64,000 nt of DNA from Ramazzottius varieornatus (taxonomy: Eukaryota > Animalia > Tardigrada), in NCBI GenBank assembly GCA_001949185.1, contig BDGG01000003.1:927686-991685 (forward strand), written 5' to 3'. How positions within the stretch are numbered: the first letter of the stretch is position 1; the number at the start of each line of letters is the position of its first letter. The translations under genes were made by a program, and so were the position numbers. A model generated the notes under the pieces. It saw only the letters and a list, made by a program, of their open reading frames with translations. It was not told the DNA's origin and made no database searches. Positions 1-12,645 of the stretch are shown here, piece after piece.

Positions 1-1757
1 ATGGTTTCATGCTCAATCAAAACGTTCAATCACGCATCCAATAAAGCGTGGCGTCATCAGTTTTGATGGGCGTGTCAGTGTATTTCCTCATCCTCCAATC
101 AGCTTTGAAATGGTGTTTCCGCTGATCTGATATTACCGTGTTACCCAGCTGTAAGACTGGTCTCAACTGGCCCTGCTTGTGCTGTTGCAAGCTTATGCTG
201 TTTCATTTTTAAGTTGTGCTTTCTTTCCCACACGATTTCCTACCTGAAGGTTTTACTGTCGGTGTCAGTGTCGTCTGCCCCGTATGCCACCCCGGTGAAA
301 CCATGCATGCATAGTTCGTAGTGTAGCTGAAGTCAAGCGAGGGGAGTGGTTTCCCTCTTGTTCCCCAAAGTTTTCACCGTTCTTCCCCGAAATATCAAAC
401 GATCTAATTGTCCAAAGATGTCACTGATTGATTGATATTCCGTGGAAAATGGTGGCAGCCAATGAGAGAAAAGTGAAATCCAATTTCCGTCCCTGCATTC
501 CATCAACCTTCCTATTTAAACTAAGTGCCTTCCTGCTGGAAGAGTTTAACTTAGTGAACTTTTTCAACCGCTCGAATTGTTTCAACGAATAAAAGAAGTC
601 AGCAAGGGGATGCGAGAAAACCCTTCCATTTCTGATGAAATGTCAGTTGAAAAACCTTGTTGCGCTGTGCGCGTCCACGCAACGAATGCGCCTCGAAGAT
701 TCACTTGCTTCACGGGTAACGCCGCTACCTTCGGACCGAACGGCTCAACATCTCTACCTTCGGATGAACATTTCCACCTGATCGCAGAGGCTGCTGAAAG
801 AGTCCTCAGGTTTCTCTCGAAACATGCATAAGAGTCAGATACAATGACGAAGGCTCGAGCCCTCGATCTCTCTTCATCGATACCAGTTCCGATCGTTTCG
901 ATGAGGGACGGCATGTTCGATGCTTTTCCTTTTATAAATGATTACCGTGCTCGAAAATGCAGCCGTAGGAAATCTAATGTTCAAATGTGCAGCGACCGAA
1001 CATTGATAATCTGAGTGGTTACCAGCTTTCAGGACTGTACAGATCATTACCACATTCAGAACACCGAACTCACGCTTGCACCCAGATGGTTGCATGTACG
1101 GATACCATTCTGGCGAGCTTTGATATTAATAGTAAGTAAAACCAGCATGCATTCGAGTGGAAGCCAAAAGAAAATGGAAAGTGGGCAGACCACAAGGGCC
1201 AAAACCTGACGTTACATTAAACCATTGCGATCAGATTCAAAATATCAGGTGATCGGAACAGTAAAACTGAGGAGGCAGAGAGCAAAATTTCCATTTTCTT
1301 TTGGCATCGTGCTCCGCCCTTTGCGCTTCTGTAACCAACGGCCTGCCAAGTGTCCAGTGTTTAATGGCATCCACTCATACAGTACAGTACAACGGGCTCA
1401 ATGCCAATACGGTATGTTCTTTTCGGTCGCGTATGACTGATTATAAAAATTCAACTGTTCAACTTGCTATCGAGTAGTTCGTCGTCGGTGAAGAATCTTG
1501 GTAGAAATTCCTAATCTGATTTTGAGTGATGGAAGAAAGCAACGAACCGTAGTGGAAAAGAATCTGAGCAGACAGGAGTTTTTTGAGTTTTCTTGCAGGT
1601 TACATGAAGCATTAAGTTTTAAGAAATGATTACAAAGCTAGGTACAGCATTTACATGTAGGTTCAAACCAGGTGACAAGTTTTGTATACAGACAAAGAGT
1701 TTCCCAGTCAGGGTTTGTGGCCAGGCTTCGGCTTCAGAGCGCTCACTTGGCCGAAGC

Positions 1758-3894
1758 CTACTTCAGAGCTAGCTTATATAAACTAGCACCGCCGCTGCCA
1801 CCGCCGCTGCCCGCGCCGCTGCCCCCGCCACAACCGTTCTTGATGATATGACGGCAGAGCAAGATAATGTCGTCGTCCCCGCTATCTCCGTTCCCTCCAC
1901 TTGTAAGAAGTCCGGCACCGCTTCCCTCCATCTCGTCGTCGTCTGGGAGGATATCGACAATAGCACGGATCGCTATCTTCAGCCCAGCCAATTGCACGCA
2001 TATGTCGGCACGGACAAGCGGATCGATGGTTACGCCTGCAGCGACCGAGACTGAACCCCCGGAGCAGCAAGTTCCATTGTCCATCGCCATGCACTTAAAG
2101 AGCGTCTTGGCGCATTTCTTGAAGAGATTTTTTTTTTCTTGGCATTTGCCGTCTCCGCCGTTGCTGCTGTTCCCCCCACCTCCGGCCCCACCGTTGCCGC
2201 AGCCCGGTGCTTTGCAGGACCCACCGCTGTTTCCACCGTTGCCGCCACCGTTGCCGCCACCGTTGCCGCCATCGTTGCCGCCACCGTTGCCGCCACCGTT
2301 ACCGCCACCGTTGCTCCAACCTCTACCTCTATAGCCCCCTGGTCTGCCGTCTCCTTTACCATCACGGCCATTTCCGTCATCGTCTCGGTCACCACCATTG
2401 CCACGCCGTCCATCTGCGTTATCCCCTCCGGGACCATTCCTGCCACTGTTCCATCCGCGACCTCCATCTCGTTCATCATCTCTGTCACCACCGCCACGAC
2501 CATATCCACCGCCATCCCTGTCCCTGCGACCGTAGCGTCCATCGTTCCTGCCATTTCTGCCTTGGTCTCGATCGTCGTCTCGATCTCGGTTTCGGTCTCG
2601 GTCTCGGTCTCGGTCTTTGTCCGTATTTCGACGGCCTCCACCGTATCCTCCAACACGTTCTCGTCCCCCTCTTCGATCTTCATCTCTGTCTCGTTTACCG
2701 GCGTCGCTGTCGTCTCTTCGGCCAGGTCCGCTGTCTCGGTCACCGTTCATCCCGCTTTCTCGCTCTCCTCCTCTGCGATCCCATCCATCTTCGTCGCGGC
2801 GGCCTGGTTTGTCGTTCCACTCCTGTCCTCTATCGCCGGATGAGCTGTTACGGCGGGAACCTCCATGCCTGCCATCTTTGCGTTCGGATGGACGGTTGTA
2901 CATCGATGGATAGTACATCTGCGAATTCATTGGATCGTCAGCCTGGAGCCGCTTGCCTACGCCTATTACAAGAAACAAAGACATAAAAATTGGCACAAAT
3001 AACGAAGAGTTCGCTCAAAGTTAAAAATAACTGCTGCCGTATAGCAGGCAGACATGCGACAACTCTAGATCAACACTTTCCCCACGATCGTTTCATGTTT
3101 GCAGAATACTACCGTCCTCTTTGTGTATACAGAAATTTCATTGGCTGGTACCGTGTTGCGGAGTCTGGTCCAACCGATAGGCAATTTTCGAAATTTCAAA
3201 ATTTGGATAATTGGCAGGCCATGAACGCCAAATCTCAAAAGGGAGAACTGGTCGTCTTGATTTTCTTCTGACCGCACTGATGACTACAAAATTTATCCCA
3301 GGCTCGGCTTCGATAGATAAGACTGTCCCCAGTGCTCCAGTTTTTTTCTAAGCGAATACCGTGCACGTGTCTCGCGCGAAGAGACGAAACACCAAATTTT
3401 ACCAAAACCACCCGAAACCGTGCTGGAGTCTTGCTGACCGCTGGTCATTAGTGTTGCTTTGGTGAGAAAACCGAGGTACATGCAAAAAAAAGACCCAGAC
3501 CCGAAAGATCAAAAGCTAAAACTGGGAGGTGAATAAAACTGAGTGATTGTATACACAAAGAGGACGGTCGTATGCAGAGTGTTAAGTGAAGATCGGAAAT
3601 AAGCATTAGAGAAGTTTTGGATTGAGCTGATGTTTTCAGCAGAAGAAAATCCACCCAGGGAAACTTACCCGGAGGTCTCATGACGGGAGCGGACATGTTG
3701 TTCGGGTATCCCCACGCGGAGCTGTTGCCGTAATATCCAGCAGCGTCGCGCTTGGTTCGCGGTAGTAGGGCATCTTTGTCCGTACCCGTATCCTCCTCCT
3801 CCTCGTCCCATGTTGTTTCCAGAGATTGTACCACAGAGAGGTACCCCAGGAACAGTCCCAGAAAGGAAAGGCCCGAGAGCCGGATGGTCCTCAT
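1758..3894 (-). CDS. Secreted Gly/Arg/Asp-rich low-complexity precursor with Cys-rich C-terminus (exons 3894-3669, 3456-3403, 2962-1758)
   Basis: ORF-track pieces 3448..3894, 3293..3481 and 1758..2996 join in frame through phase-1 GT-AG introns. Signal peptide MRTIRLSGLSFLGLFLGYLSVVQS, RTKR and GKR basic sites, RD/GR-rich tract, GGNG repeats, Cys-rich tail. The small middle exon is the least certain part. Confidence 0.75.
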
Positions 3895-5719
3895 AGCTTG
3901 TCAGCAGTCCAACCTACGATAACGCAAAATCAAACCTATTCAAGGTTCAGAGTCGACCGGCGATAGAATAAGTCTACTAGCGGTGTACAAAGAGGAACTG
4001 AAACACTTGTTTCAAAGAGTTATACCTTGATAGCTCCCCCGACGTTCCCTGTGAAGAAGTTTGTTGACTTTCGTACCAAGTGTTTTCCGGGTATTCGAAA
4101 TGGGCCATCGAAGAGCGAACGAAACAGAAAAAAAATGCTGCATTATGCAAATCGGCAGTCATCGCACTCACTGAAACATATGCCACAAGATCCAAACGAA
4201 ACTTTGGAGCGAAAACAGGAGGGACGTGTTATGCAAAGAGGCATGAGCGACCATGCTGCTCCACTGCGGAATACCTTTTTCTGTCGATGAAGTTCGCGAT
4301 ATCGGCGACTGCGCTGTGGTTTTTTATGGTTGGACCACCGCATGCGAGGCGAAGATTCCAGCGAAAATGCACGGCACCGTACAATGTCCAAAGAACAGCC
4401 ATGTCATTAGCCGTAACTCCATCGTATGGGTACTGAAAGGTGTTGGAAAGTAGGCTGTAGTTGGTGAAACAGTCGGACGGCCAACGTTTCACCCATGAAG
4501 TTTTTCCAGCACGACGAACGATTACATGCTTCTTTCCCTGAAGGATCTTTGCTTGGTTTGCTTTCAGTTGTTACGTGCGAAGCGGACGTTTTACGAGTAA
4601 CATATGTACATAGAGGGGTTCAATACGTTTTAAAGCTGCGTTCACGAGAAATTCTGTTGGCGATCTCTGCAATTTCTTGCATAAGGTTAGAGCAACTTAT
4701 GGGCAATACTGCAAAACTAGAGCTCAGGCTGCGAAGTCATTCGTTTGTAAGGTATACGAAGGGAAGTTTTTTAGGGCTCCACGTTCTCGAAGAAATTATG
4801 TAGTTTCTTCCCCATTGTCCGTTTGAATTTAACTACGGCACTGGATGAAGGAGGCATGTCTAGTGCCTTGTTCGGACAGGAGGAAGTCAAGCCGGACCGC
4901 TGTCAAGACTCGAGAAAACATTTTTACTTCCTACAAAGCAAAAATGCGCAAGTGAAACGGGTGAATTCATCTGGCGCGCTACCGGATCATTTTTGAAACT
5001 TTTTTATCTCTACCGGGGTTCTATTTTTGATGAGAGTTAGCTGTCACTCTGTATTTTCTTCACAGTTTGGTTGCTTTGTGTCGAAGCGCTAAAAAATAAC
5101 CTATCTAGAAATTCGAGAAACTGCATTACCACGGTCGGCGCGGTTAACGTCAGAATAATATTAAAAAATGCGTGAGTTTACGAAGAAAATCGAAAAAGAT
5201 TTCGCATCTTTCCAAAAGAATTATTTATCCTTCTGTGCTAGTGCCAGGTACCTCATGTTTCGAGGATAGTGGTTAGAAGAGATGGTCTATCTCTAAAAAG
5301 CGTGCTCCGGATAATAGAACTTTCAGGTGGTCTCTGCCTTAAAACTTATTGAGCCCCCTATGTATTAGGTGCGGGAGTACGACCCGTCTCCCTGTCCTCT
5401 GCCGAAGTCGAAAATTTTTTCTGACGCCATATCTCAAACGTTTTGGCCAGCTTATCCTAAGTCATAAATTTTGCTATCCCTCTGATTCTTTGTACGATCG
5501 TACGTTCGGTTGTTTGGCGTCCCGTATTGTCACAATTCTTTCCTACGTTCGGACAGAATACCAGCGGGGACAAGTGTAGTTTTTACGGCCTTTCAGGCGT
5601 GTCAAATTCCTGACAGATTTTTTTCGGGTTTTGGAAGGCATTTTTCGTCCATCAATTAGTAAACTTTGCTTAGCGTGTACGTCTAAAGAACCGGGACGTT
5701 AATGTGAATGTGAACGCTA

Positions 5720-5893
5720 CAATGCCTCCCAAAACCCGAATCAGTGTTTAACCTGTTAATCACAATTAAACTGGAGCTTAACTTTCGCTTGACCAGTAAC
5801 AACGTTCGTCTGGCTCACACGCAAATTTTATTGGCCAATGCCATCTGGCTCCATCCAACACCTATTTTTGGCGGTGAATTTTTGCGTAGACTG
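5720..5893. mobile_element. Degenerate copy of MITE family A
   Basis: Internal sequence (caattaaactggagcttaa...ttggccaatgccatctggctcc) matches 27287-27453; right end ...gtagactg followed by TA; left TIR decayed. Confidence 0.55.
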
Positions 5894-6410
5894 TACATCC
5901 AGACTACTACTCACGCGTCAGATTAATCATATTCAGAAACATCTGAGATCGAAAATTTCTCATGCACATGTGGCTCTGTAGCGACAACGACTGGGGAAAA
6001 CATCCATAGTGCTCAAGAGTTATTTGCGAAGATACGAAAAACTAATGTAAATACAGTGCAGTGGACAAGTAACAACAAGTGGATAACAAGAAGCAAATAA
6101 CAGGTGTTCTTGCACATAAATTATCAGAGCGTATACCAGTGGTTCAATGACATTACTTTGTTAACTGCTGCTCATTCCATAGCTCAGTCTCATCGGTCTT
6201 TGTCGTGGACGTTATACCATGAATAAATTATCCTGCCCACTTACATTTCCCCCAAGTTTCCCTTTCGCACTGAACATTCGCACGCAGTCTCAGTCGGTGA
6301 AACTGGTTACAGTCTAGGTTGCGATACTCCTAACGAGCCCGCTAGCGCCAAATATTCCAGTTATCCCCCGAGAACAATCGAACCATCTGCCCGTCACGCA
6401 TGCCGAAATG

Positions 6411-6416
6411 TATAAA
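6411..6416 (+). promoter_or_regulatory. Putative TATA box of the Ly6-domain gene
   Basis: TATAAA about 80 nt upstream of ATG 6494. Confidence 0.4.
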
Positions 6417-6493
6417 GTGAAGTCATTTTCCGCTTATATTGTCCTGGTTCTAGACGGTAAGGAAAGATCCATAGTTACTTTCATCTCGCTGAC

Positions 6494-8687
6494 ATGAAGC
6501 TCTTCGCCGCTCTCGCTACTGCGCTTGCCGCGCTGGTTCTCCAAGGTATGCTCTTTGGTTGGACGATTGTACAGAGTTTCTTTCATTATCCCACCGCTCA
6601 AGTAGTTTACAGCTCCTTAGTAAGTTACCCGTGTTTTCCGTATTTTTAGATGGATCTTCCGCCTTGCAGTGCTATGAGTGTCAAAGCTGTAGCGCGGTGT
6701 CCGCCGATACCCTGACCGACTGCCCAGAGCCCGATGATCACTGTGCGGTTGTACTCTTCGAAGACAAAGGTAAGCCTGCTGTGTTTTTTGTTAGATTTTT
6801 AGGGGGAGGCGAACGGAAAATCAACTGCTAATGTTTGCAGGTGCAGTCAAGGTACACCGTGCATGTGCGAGCAATGTCGGCGAGTGGAAGATGGGTAACG
6901 AAAACGACGTCATCAACAACTACAAGCTCTCCAACATTTCCGCTGCCTTCTATCAGTGCAACGGCGATGCCTGTAACGACGTCGAAGCCGCCGGAGTTAG
7001 CAATGGCCGCATCACCTTCACCATTGGTATGTCTGAGTCCCATTCTTCGTCATCCTCCTCCAAGTCCTCGTCTTCCAAGAGCGCGAAGTCTTCGAACAGC
7101 CAAAGCGGCGAGCAGAGCAAGAGCGAACAGGACGCTTCTCCTCAAGAAGGCAGTGAAGCTTCGTCAAAGTGGTCTTCCGCCCAGCTGCTCAACAAGCTGT
7201 CCGCCAGCAAGTCGAAAGAAAGTAGTGGCACGATTTCCTCCCAGTCGAAAGGCCAGGAAACGAGCCTGAAGTCGAGGTCCTCCAAGACATCCCTCAGCGC
7301 TTCCAGCAAATCGCAGAAAGCATCCTCTGGCTCTTCTGGTTCTACCGACGAGGTTGATGCCGATGGAGACGATTCCGCAGACAATGACCGAGACCAAACG
7401 GCCCAACCACAGAGAAGCCACGGATCGAAAAAGTCGTCTTCCGCTCAGCTGCTGAGCCAAATGTTCTCCAGCAGGATCGAACAGCCAAACTCAGCTACCG
7501 GCTCGGCTTCGGCTGGATCAAAGTCTCAAGGCTCGAGTTCCAAGTCGACATCGTCTAAAGCGTCCTCCAGCCGTGGACTGCAGTCCGCCTCTTCCAGCTC
7601 GCTTGCTTCATCCGACGGCGCCACTGACGACAGTCATGACCAGCAACGAAGCCAAAGGAAGACAAAGGCAACTACCGCCCGGGCCAGCAAGCACGCAAAG
7701 TCTGTCTCGATCAACACTCAGGATTCCAGCTCGGAGTCTTCCAAGGCATCGTCCAGGAAGCCGGTGTTCGCTTCGTCTGACAGTGCCGAGCAAGACGACG
7801 TTCCCGCTAACACCAAGGAGCAAGAACGAGCGCTAGAGAATAGCCAAAGTGTCAAAAAGTCCTCCAGTTTGATCTATGGCAAAATATCGTCCAAAACCGG
7901 CTCGTCATCGTCCATGAAGAAATCATCTTCCATCTCGGTCTCCAACAAATCCATTACCCAGTCGTCCGCCGAAGGTTTGGACCAAGATCGGGAAGACAAC
8001 GATGCCGAAGTGGAGACTGCCAAGAAAGCCCAAAGGACCAAAACTATCGACGCTACTTCTTCGCAAAAGAACTCCAAAGCTCAAGGTTCGCTGGCAGCCA
8101 AAGCCAAGTCTTCTTCCAGCAGGTTCTCATCTTTCGCCAGTAGCCAGGAAAGTTCTCACAGCTTGCTTAGTGCTGGTGCCAAGAAGGAGCACGCCAAAGT
8201 CCAAAGCCACGGTGCCAAGTCCACCAAGTCCGAAGACCTGGACCAGAGCGAGGAGTTCGAAGATAACAGCGATGACAGTGAAGATGATGAGGACAGTACC
8301 GCCAAAAAGACCCATCAGAGCCAGCTGAAATCGGCCGAAAGCAAACAGGCCGCCGCCAAGGCTGCCTCTTCTTCGAAGAAATCCAAGTCTGCTTCCAGTT
8401 CTTCCTCTATCAAGTCATCCAGCATCAGTAACAAGCAAACGGATGACTCGCAGCAGGAAGATGGCAGCGATGCAACGGGATATGGTCCTCGACCCACCAA
8501 GCCCACCACTAAGCCCACCACTAAGCCCACTACCAGGACTACCACCACCACCACGACTTCCACGACCACCACGACAAAGAAGCCCAAGCCTCCAGTTTAT
8601 GGTGGTGAGGAGCTTTTGCCTGCTACTGAGCTTGAAGTCACTCTGCGTCCTCGTCGACGAGGTCGCACTGTTTTTGACAGAAAGTGA
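6494..8687 (+). CDS. Secreted Ly6/uPAR (three-finger, quiver-like) domain protein with long Ser/Lys-rich disordered tail (exons 6494-6545, 6650-6769, 6841-8687)
   Basis: Signal peptide MKLFAALATALAALVLQDGSSA; LQCYEC start and CNGDACN end typical of LU domains (8 Cys); phase-1 GT-AG introns; ~550 aa S/K/Q/D-rich tail with TKPT repeats and a Thr run. Confidence 0.8.
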
Positions 8688-11058
8688 ACTATCCATCACT
8701 CACAATATGCTTATAGGTACCGCCACTTTGGCACTTGAACATTACAGAGTGGTTTCTTCATGCGTTTTTGTTAACACTTGCATCGGCCACAAAAGCTTTT
8801 CACTTGGTATCGCGTTGCCCGCAGTTCAGACGTGTGTTTTCCACAGCGATGAGCTCGCTAATGCAACCAGAGGTCGCTCACAGTCTGTTTATGAGACCGA
8901 GGGGGAACTGACGGCTTGGCGCATCAGCCTTCCCCCTGTTCTTCTGAACTGCAACGACCCCGTTGGCGAACTTAAAGACCCGAAACCAAATAGATCACTC
9001 AACGCTCTTGTAAACGTGGAGACTCGAAGAATGCTGATTCTTCCTGATGTAGCCGTTGTAGCAGTTGCTCTTCCAGTGATTGGCTTGCCGTATTTCGCCG
9101 GGTGCGCGACCTCGATTGGGATTCTTCTGTGGCCGCGCGGATACGGAAACTGTGAGTCTTAAACCGGTGAGAATGGGTAATTCCGTGGAGAAGATTGATC
9201 AGATATGAAGCAACGATGTTGCGGAGCAGGAAAGAAGAACTCATCGTGTGTGGCCTGCAACTGCAGGCAACGTCAACTTGTATCGACAGGACAGCCTGAC
9301 TATCCGGTGACGGGTAGCTCAATGGAACTTCCGGCTTCTAACTGATCCGTCTTTGAGCTTACTACAAAAAACAACTTTTGTTGGTACGACGAATCCGGTG
9401 CTGTCTCTTCTGATTTTTCTGTTCAAACTTTGCTTGGGTTTTCACTGAGCTGCGACGTGAGAACTGGCATCAGTCCGCAAACGATTGTCAATACCGGGAC
9501 CATATAATGTTGGAGCCACTGGTACAACTACGACTCGTGCGCGACATTTCATCCTCTTTTTCCGACTCTTTTTCTGCCTTATGATCATGTGGGTAACAAC
9601 CAGAACAGGCATTGTGGAAGTGAAGTTGACCGCTATACAAAATCGGGATTACCGGGTAGGACGTCGCGGTTCTCGGTACGTATACCGGTCGATGTCAGTT
9701 GGTCGCCACGGTGTGACCTGGTATGCAGACGGCATCGTTCGTTAAGTGTACCCCCAAGCATGGCACGAACTCTTTGACTGCCGGCATCCATGGTACTATA
9801 AAATGTTGACGATAGCTGTGCGGGAAGTACATGGCGCCTTTTTATACACCGTAGCTTCCGATGAAAATCGAGATCACATGCAAAATTCAGTTCAAGTTAC
9901 TGGAGATCAATCGTTCGTAGCAGAGCTTAGACGGATAGGCAATGCCGGAAACAATCAACAGCATCTCAGGCAATAGTATGGATACGATATAGACATCTAC
10001 TTGAAACATACCAGATGAAAAGTGACAGACCGATCAAGAAACCGAGACCTGAGATCGAGAAGACCGGGTGGTTGCCAGAACGTGCGCTATATCAGGGTTG
10101 ACCTCCGCGGAGCTGGAAAGTGGAACAAAGAAGTTCACTGCGGAAAGGTTAAACGCCAAAGGTTATGGGGCAGGTAAAACGTGAGTGGGGAAACAAAAAG
10201 TCTTATAAAACAGATATAAATAAAGTTTGCCGCGCTAGTCCTGAAACCCGCTCTCCAGTATTGGAGTCTAACTTGTTATTCAGATGCTGCTTTCGAGATC
10301 TCGGTTTTGTGGAACTGCAGGGACACAGGGAACAGTCGACTGTCAGCGGCAGGTCGGTTGCGCGTCTGGTACTGTTTAGAATTGGCGAAATGGTTTTCAA
10401 AGGATGTGCTTGATGATCCCATGCACTTCATCGATTGCGTGAAAGGGTACGAAGCCACTATAAATAATCTGGTGAAAGAGTTTAGCCAGCACGCGTTCGC
10501 AGTTTACTTCAAACGCGAGAAGGTGGATGAGGGCGGAGGGTCAACCGCGGCAAACACGACATCGTAACTTAAGTGCGCGAGAGATATTCTGGTTGGGGCT
10601 GAGGGTCAAAAATTTGGCCTGTCTCATAGTACTGTTGTGACGATATGGATTCGGCTGTGGTTCGCAACGCTTACGCGGAGTTTGCCATCGCCAGCCACAG
10701 AAAAGCAGCCGGGGTTGTCGTTAACGCGGCGTCGATACACTGCCGCGTGGCGATGGCTAAGTTCGAGTTCAGAACACCATCCGCAACGACCTGTTGTGCA
10801 TGTACTTACGGCTTCGAAAACTTTCGTACTGCATTGCCAAACTGAATACCTTAGCTTGCACCGCTCGATATGTAGAAGTTTGGGAACAAACGAATGGAAT
10901 ACTGTACTCAACGGAAAGTGGAGGACTTCTGTAAAACATCAGCAGAAAACCTCGTCGGTAACTTGCAACAGTACCACTGGGACTGTTAGAGGGCACTGCA
11001 GGGGTACAACCAGCTTATTTTCACTACGCGTAAACTGTAACCAGCTTCGACATATTAT

Positions 11059-12138
11059 CTAATCTTTTTTTGTCTTCAGAACTTCCAAGGTGATTTCCAG
11101 ACGCGGATATTGCTCTTCGCAACATGGATAGGTTGCGGACTGGCGAGTTATGCTGGAGTTCTGGATAATAAAATTCTGGCCGTGGTAATCGGTATGATCT
11201 AAAAACGACATAAATTAGTCTCATCTCCATAGAGATCAGATAACCAAACGGAACACTCTCGGACTGTGTCCTATTACTGAAAACTACAGTAGATAAACGA
11301 CCTTCTTACCAACAGTTGGGTGAGTTTCCTGCGGATAATCCAAGGCGTTTGCATCATACACCCAGGAGCCTGAAAAGCAGGAAAAAAACTTACGTTTGAT
11401 GAAACGAAAGCAGTCATGAGGCTAGAGGTATTGTAAGAAAGCCGACGAACAATATCTTCACGGTGACACGCCACAAAAACCTTACACGTACCAATTAGGA
11501 TTTTTGCCTGATACAGCGTCCCGTTGTTGGTTTTTGTTTCGTTATAGTAAGTGAATATGGTGACTTTCGGAACCCATAACAGGTCTCCATTAGAGTATAC
11601 CACACCTATCGTGTGTTCTTCGGAAAACAATTTCTGTTGGGAGTCGGGACTGAAAGCATGCAAAACTGTGAACGTCTACATCTTGCTGAATCGGAGATTA
11701 GACCACCTATGGTAAACCGTCAGATCAGGTGTCCATATTTCATCCATAGGGATCCGGACTTGAGATATTCCATCATAGGCAGCTGGCTCCCACTGCAGAC
11801 GCGAGTCATGCCATTTCATAGACAAGTATCCATCGAGCCGCATTACTTCCTCGTTGTCGTCCTGCAATAACAATATTCAAGTCTTCTTGGAAAAAAAGGT
11901 AGAGTAGTATTGATAGACACACAACTACCTGGATTCTGACGCCACTAATCATGACGTTTACGCTGACGTTTACGCTAGGACTTCCTGGATCGGCATTGGG
12001 TCGTACATTAATATCGGCTCCAGCAATGAGGCTAGAGACCAGGGAGGAAGTCAAAATGGATCTGCACTGGGTTCCGGATAAGTTACAAGTCACAGTTATC
12101 ATAAAAACGAATACTACAATCAGTGGTGTCTTCGCCAT
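11059..12138 (-). CDS. Soluble AChBP-like / nAChR alpha-type ligand-binding domain, 240 aa (exons 12138-11929, 11861-11707, 11649-11492, 11369-11310, 11198-11059)
   Basis: Five exons join in frame (723 nt). Motifs VRP, WHDSRLQW, IWTPDLTVY, GDLLWVP, GSWVY, YPCCEEQY; TAG stop right after beta10 (LEVLKTKKD*); N-terminal signal peptide; no TM segments. Confidence 0.88.
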
Positions 12139-12258
12139 GATATCCTCGGATTATTCCGCAGGACTATATTAGCCAGAAAACAGTCTGTGGACGACTTCGG
12201 TCGAACGGCCTCTTCGACAGAACAAAGCTTTTCTCACCACCCGAAAAGCTTCCTGCTG

Positions 12259-12312
12259 CGTTCTACCATGTACCAAAGTGGACTTCGTTCTACCATGTAC
12301 CAAAGTGGACTT
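12259..12312. repeat. Perfect 27-bp tandem duplication in the divergent intergenic region
   Basis: cgttctaccatgtaccaaagtggactt x2, followed by TATAAA at 12314. Confidence 0.9.
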
Positions 12313-12645
12313 CTATAAAGCTTTTCTGTGGCTTTTAGCTGAGTTCTTTGTATCAGGTTGTAAGATCGGCTTCGCTGTTTATCACTTTTAGGTACGAAGT
12401 GGTTTCTTGGACTTTCAGTTCAAGACGGACCTTGCTACCAAAGTGTCTTTATCGGTGTCAAGGATCGCTAGACGGAAAGCTAGAGGCAGTCTCATTTTTC
12501 CAGCTGTCAATTGCTTTGGGCATCGCCATAGACTATCTGCTCAAAATCAAGCCGCTTTCCGGTTCAACCATCATTCTTTTCAGTACAGGTACTCTCCCCG
12601 TTCTTCTGCAGTGTTGAAAAAATATCATCTGAATATTGTGAAAAT

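Noticed and set aside
1-1500. Possible exon fragments at the window start
   Set aside because: No consistent frame or recognisable product.
1867-2986. Long plus-strand ORFs (poly-Pro, His/Arg/Cys-rich, VAAT repeats)
   Set aside because: Antisense and frame shadows of the Gly/Asn/Arg repeat gene.
8700-9322. ORFs 8443..9162(+) and 8999..9322(-)
   Set aside because: No recognisable domain and no convincing exon structure.
12259-12312. CRISPR-like repeat
   Set aside because: Two adjacent copies, no spacer, eukaryotic context, no cas genes.
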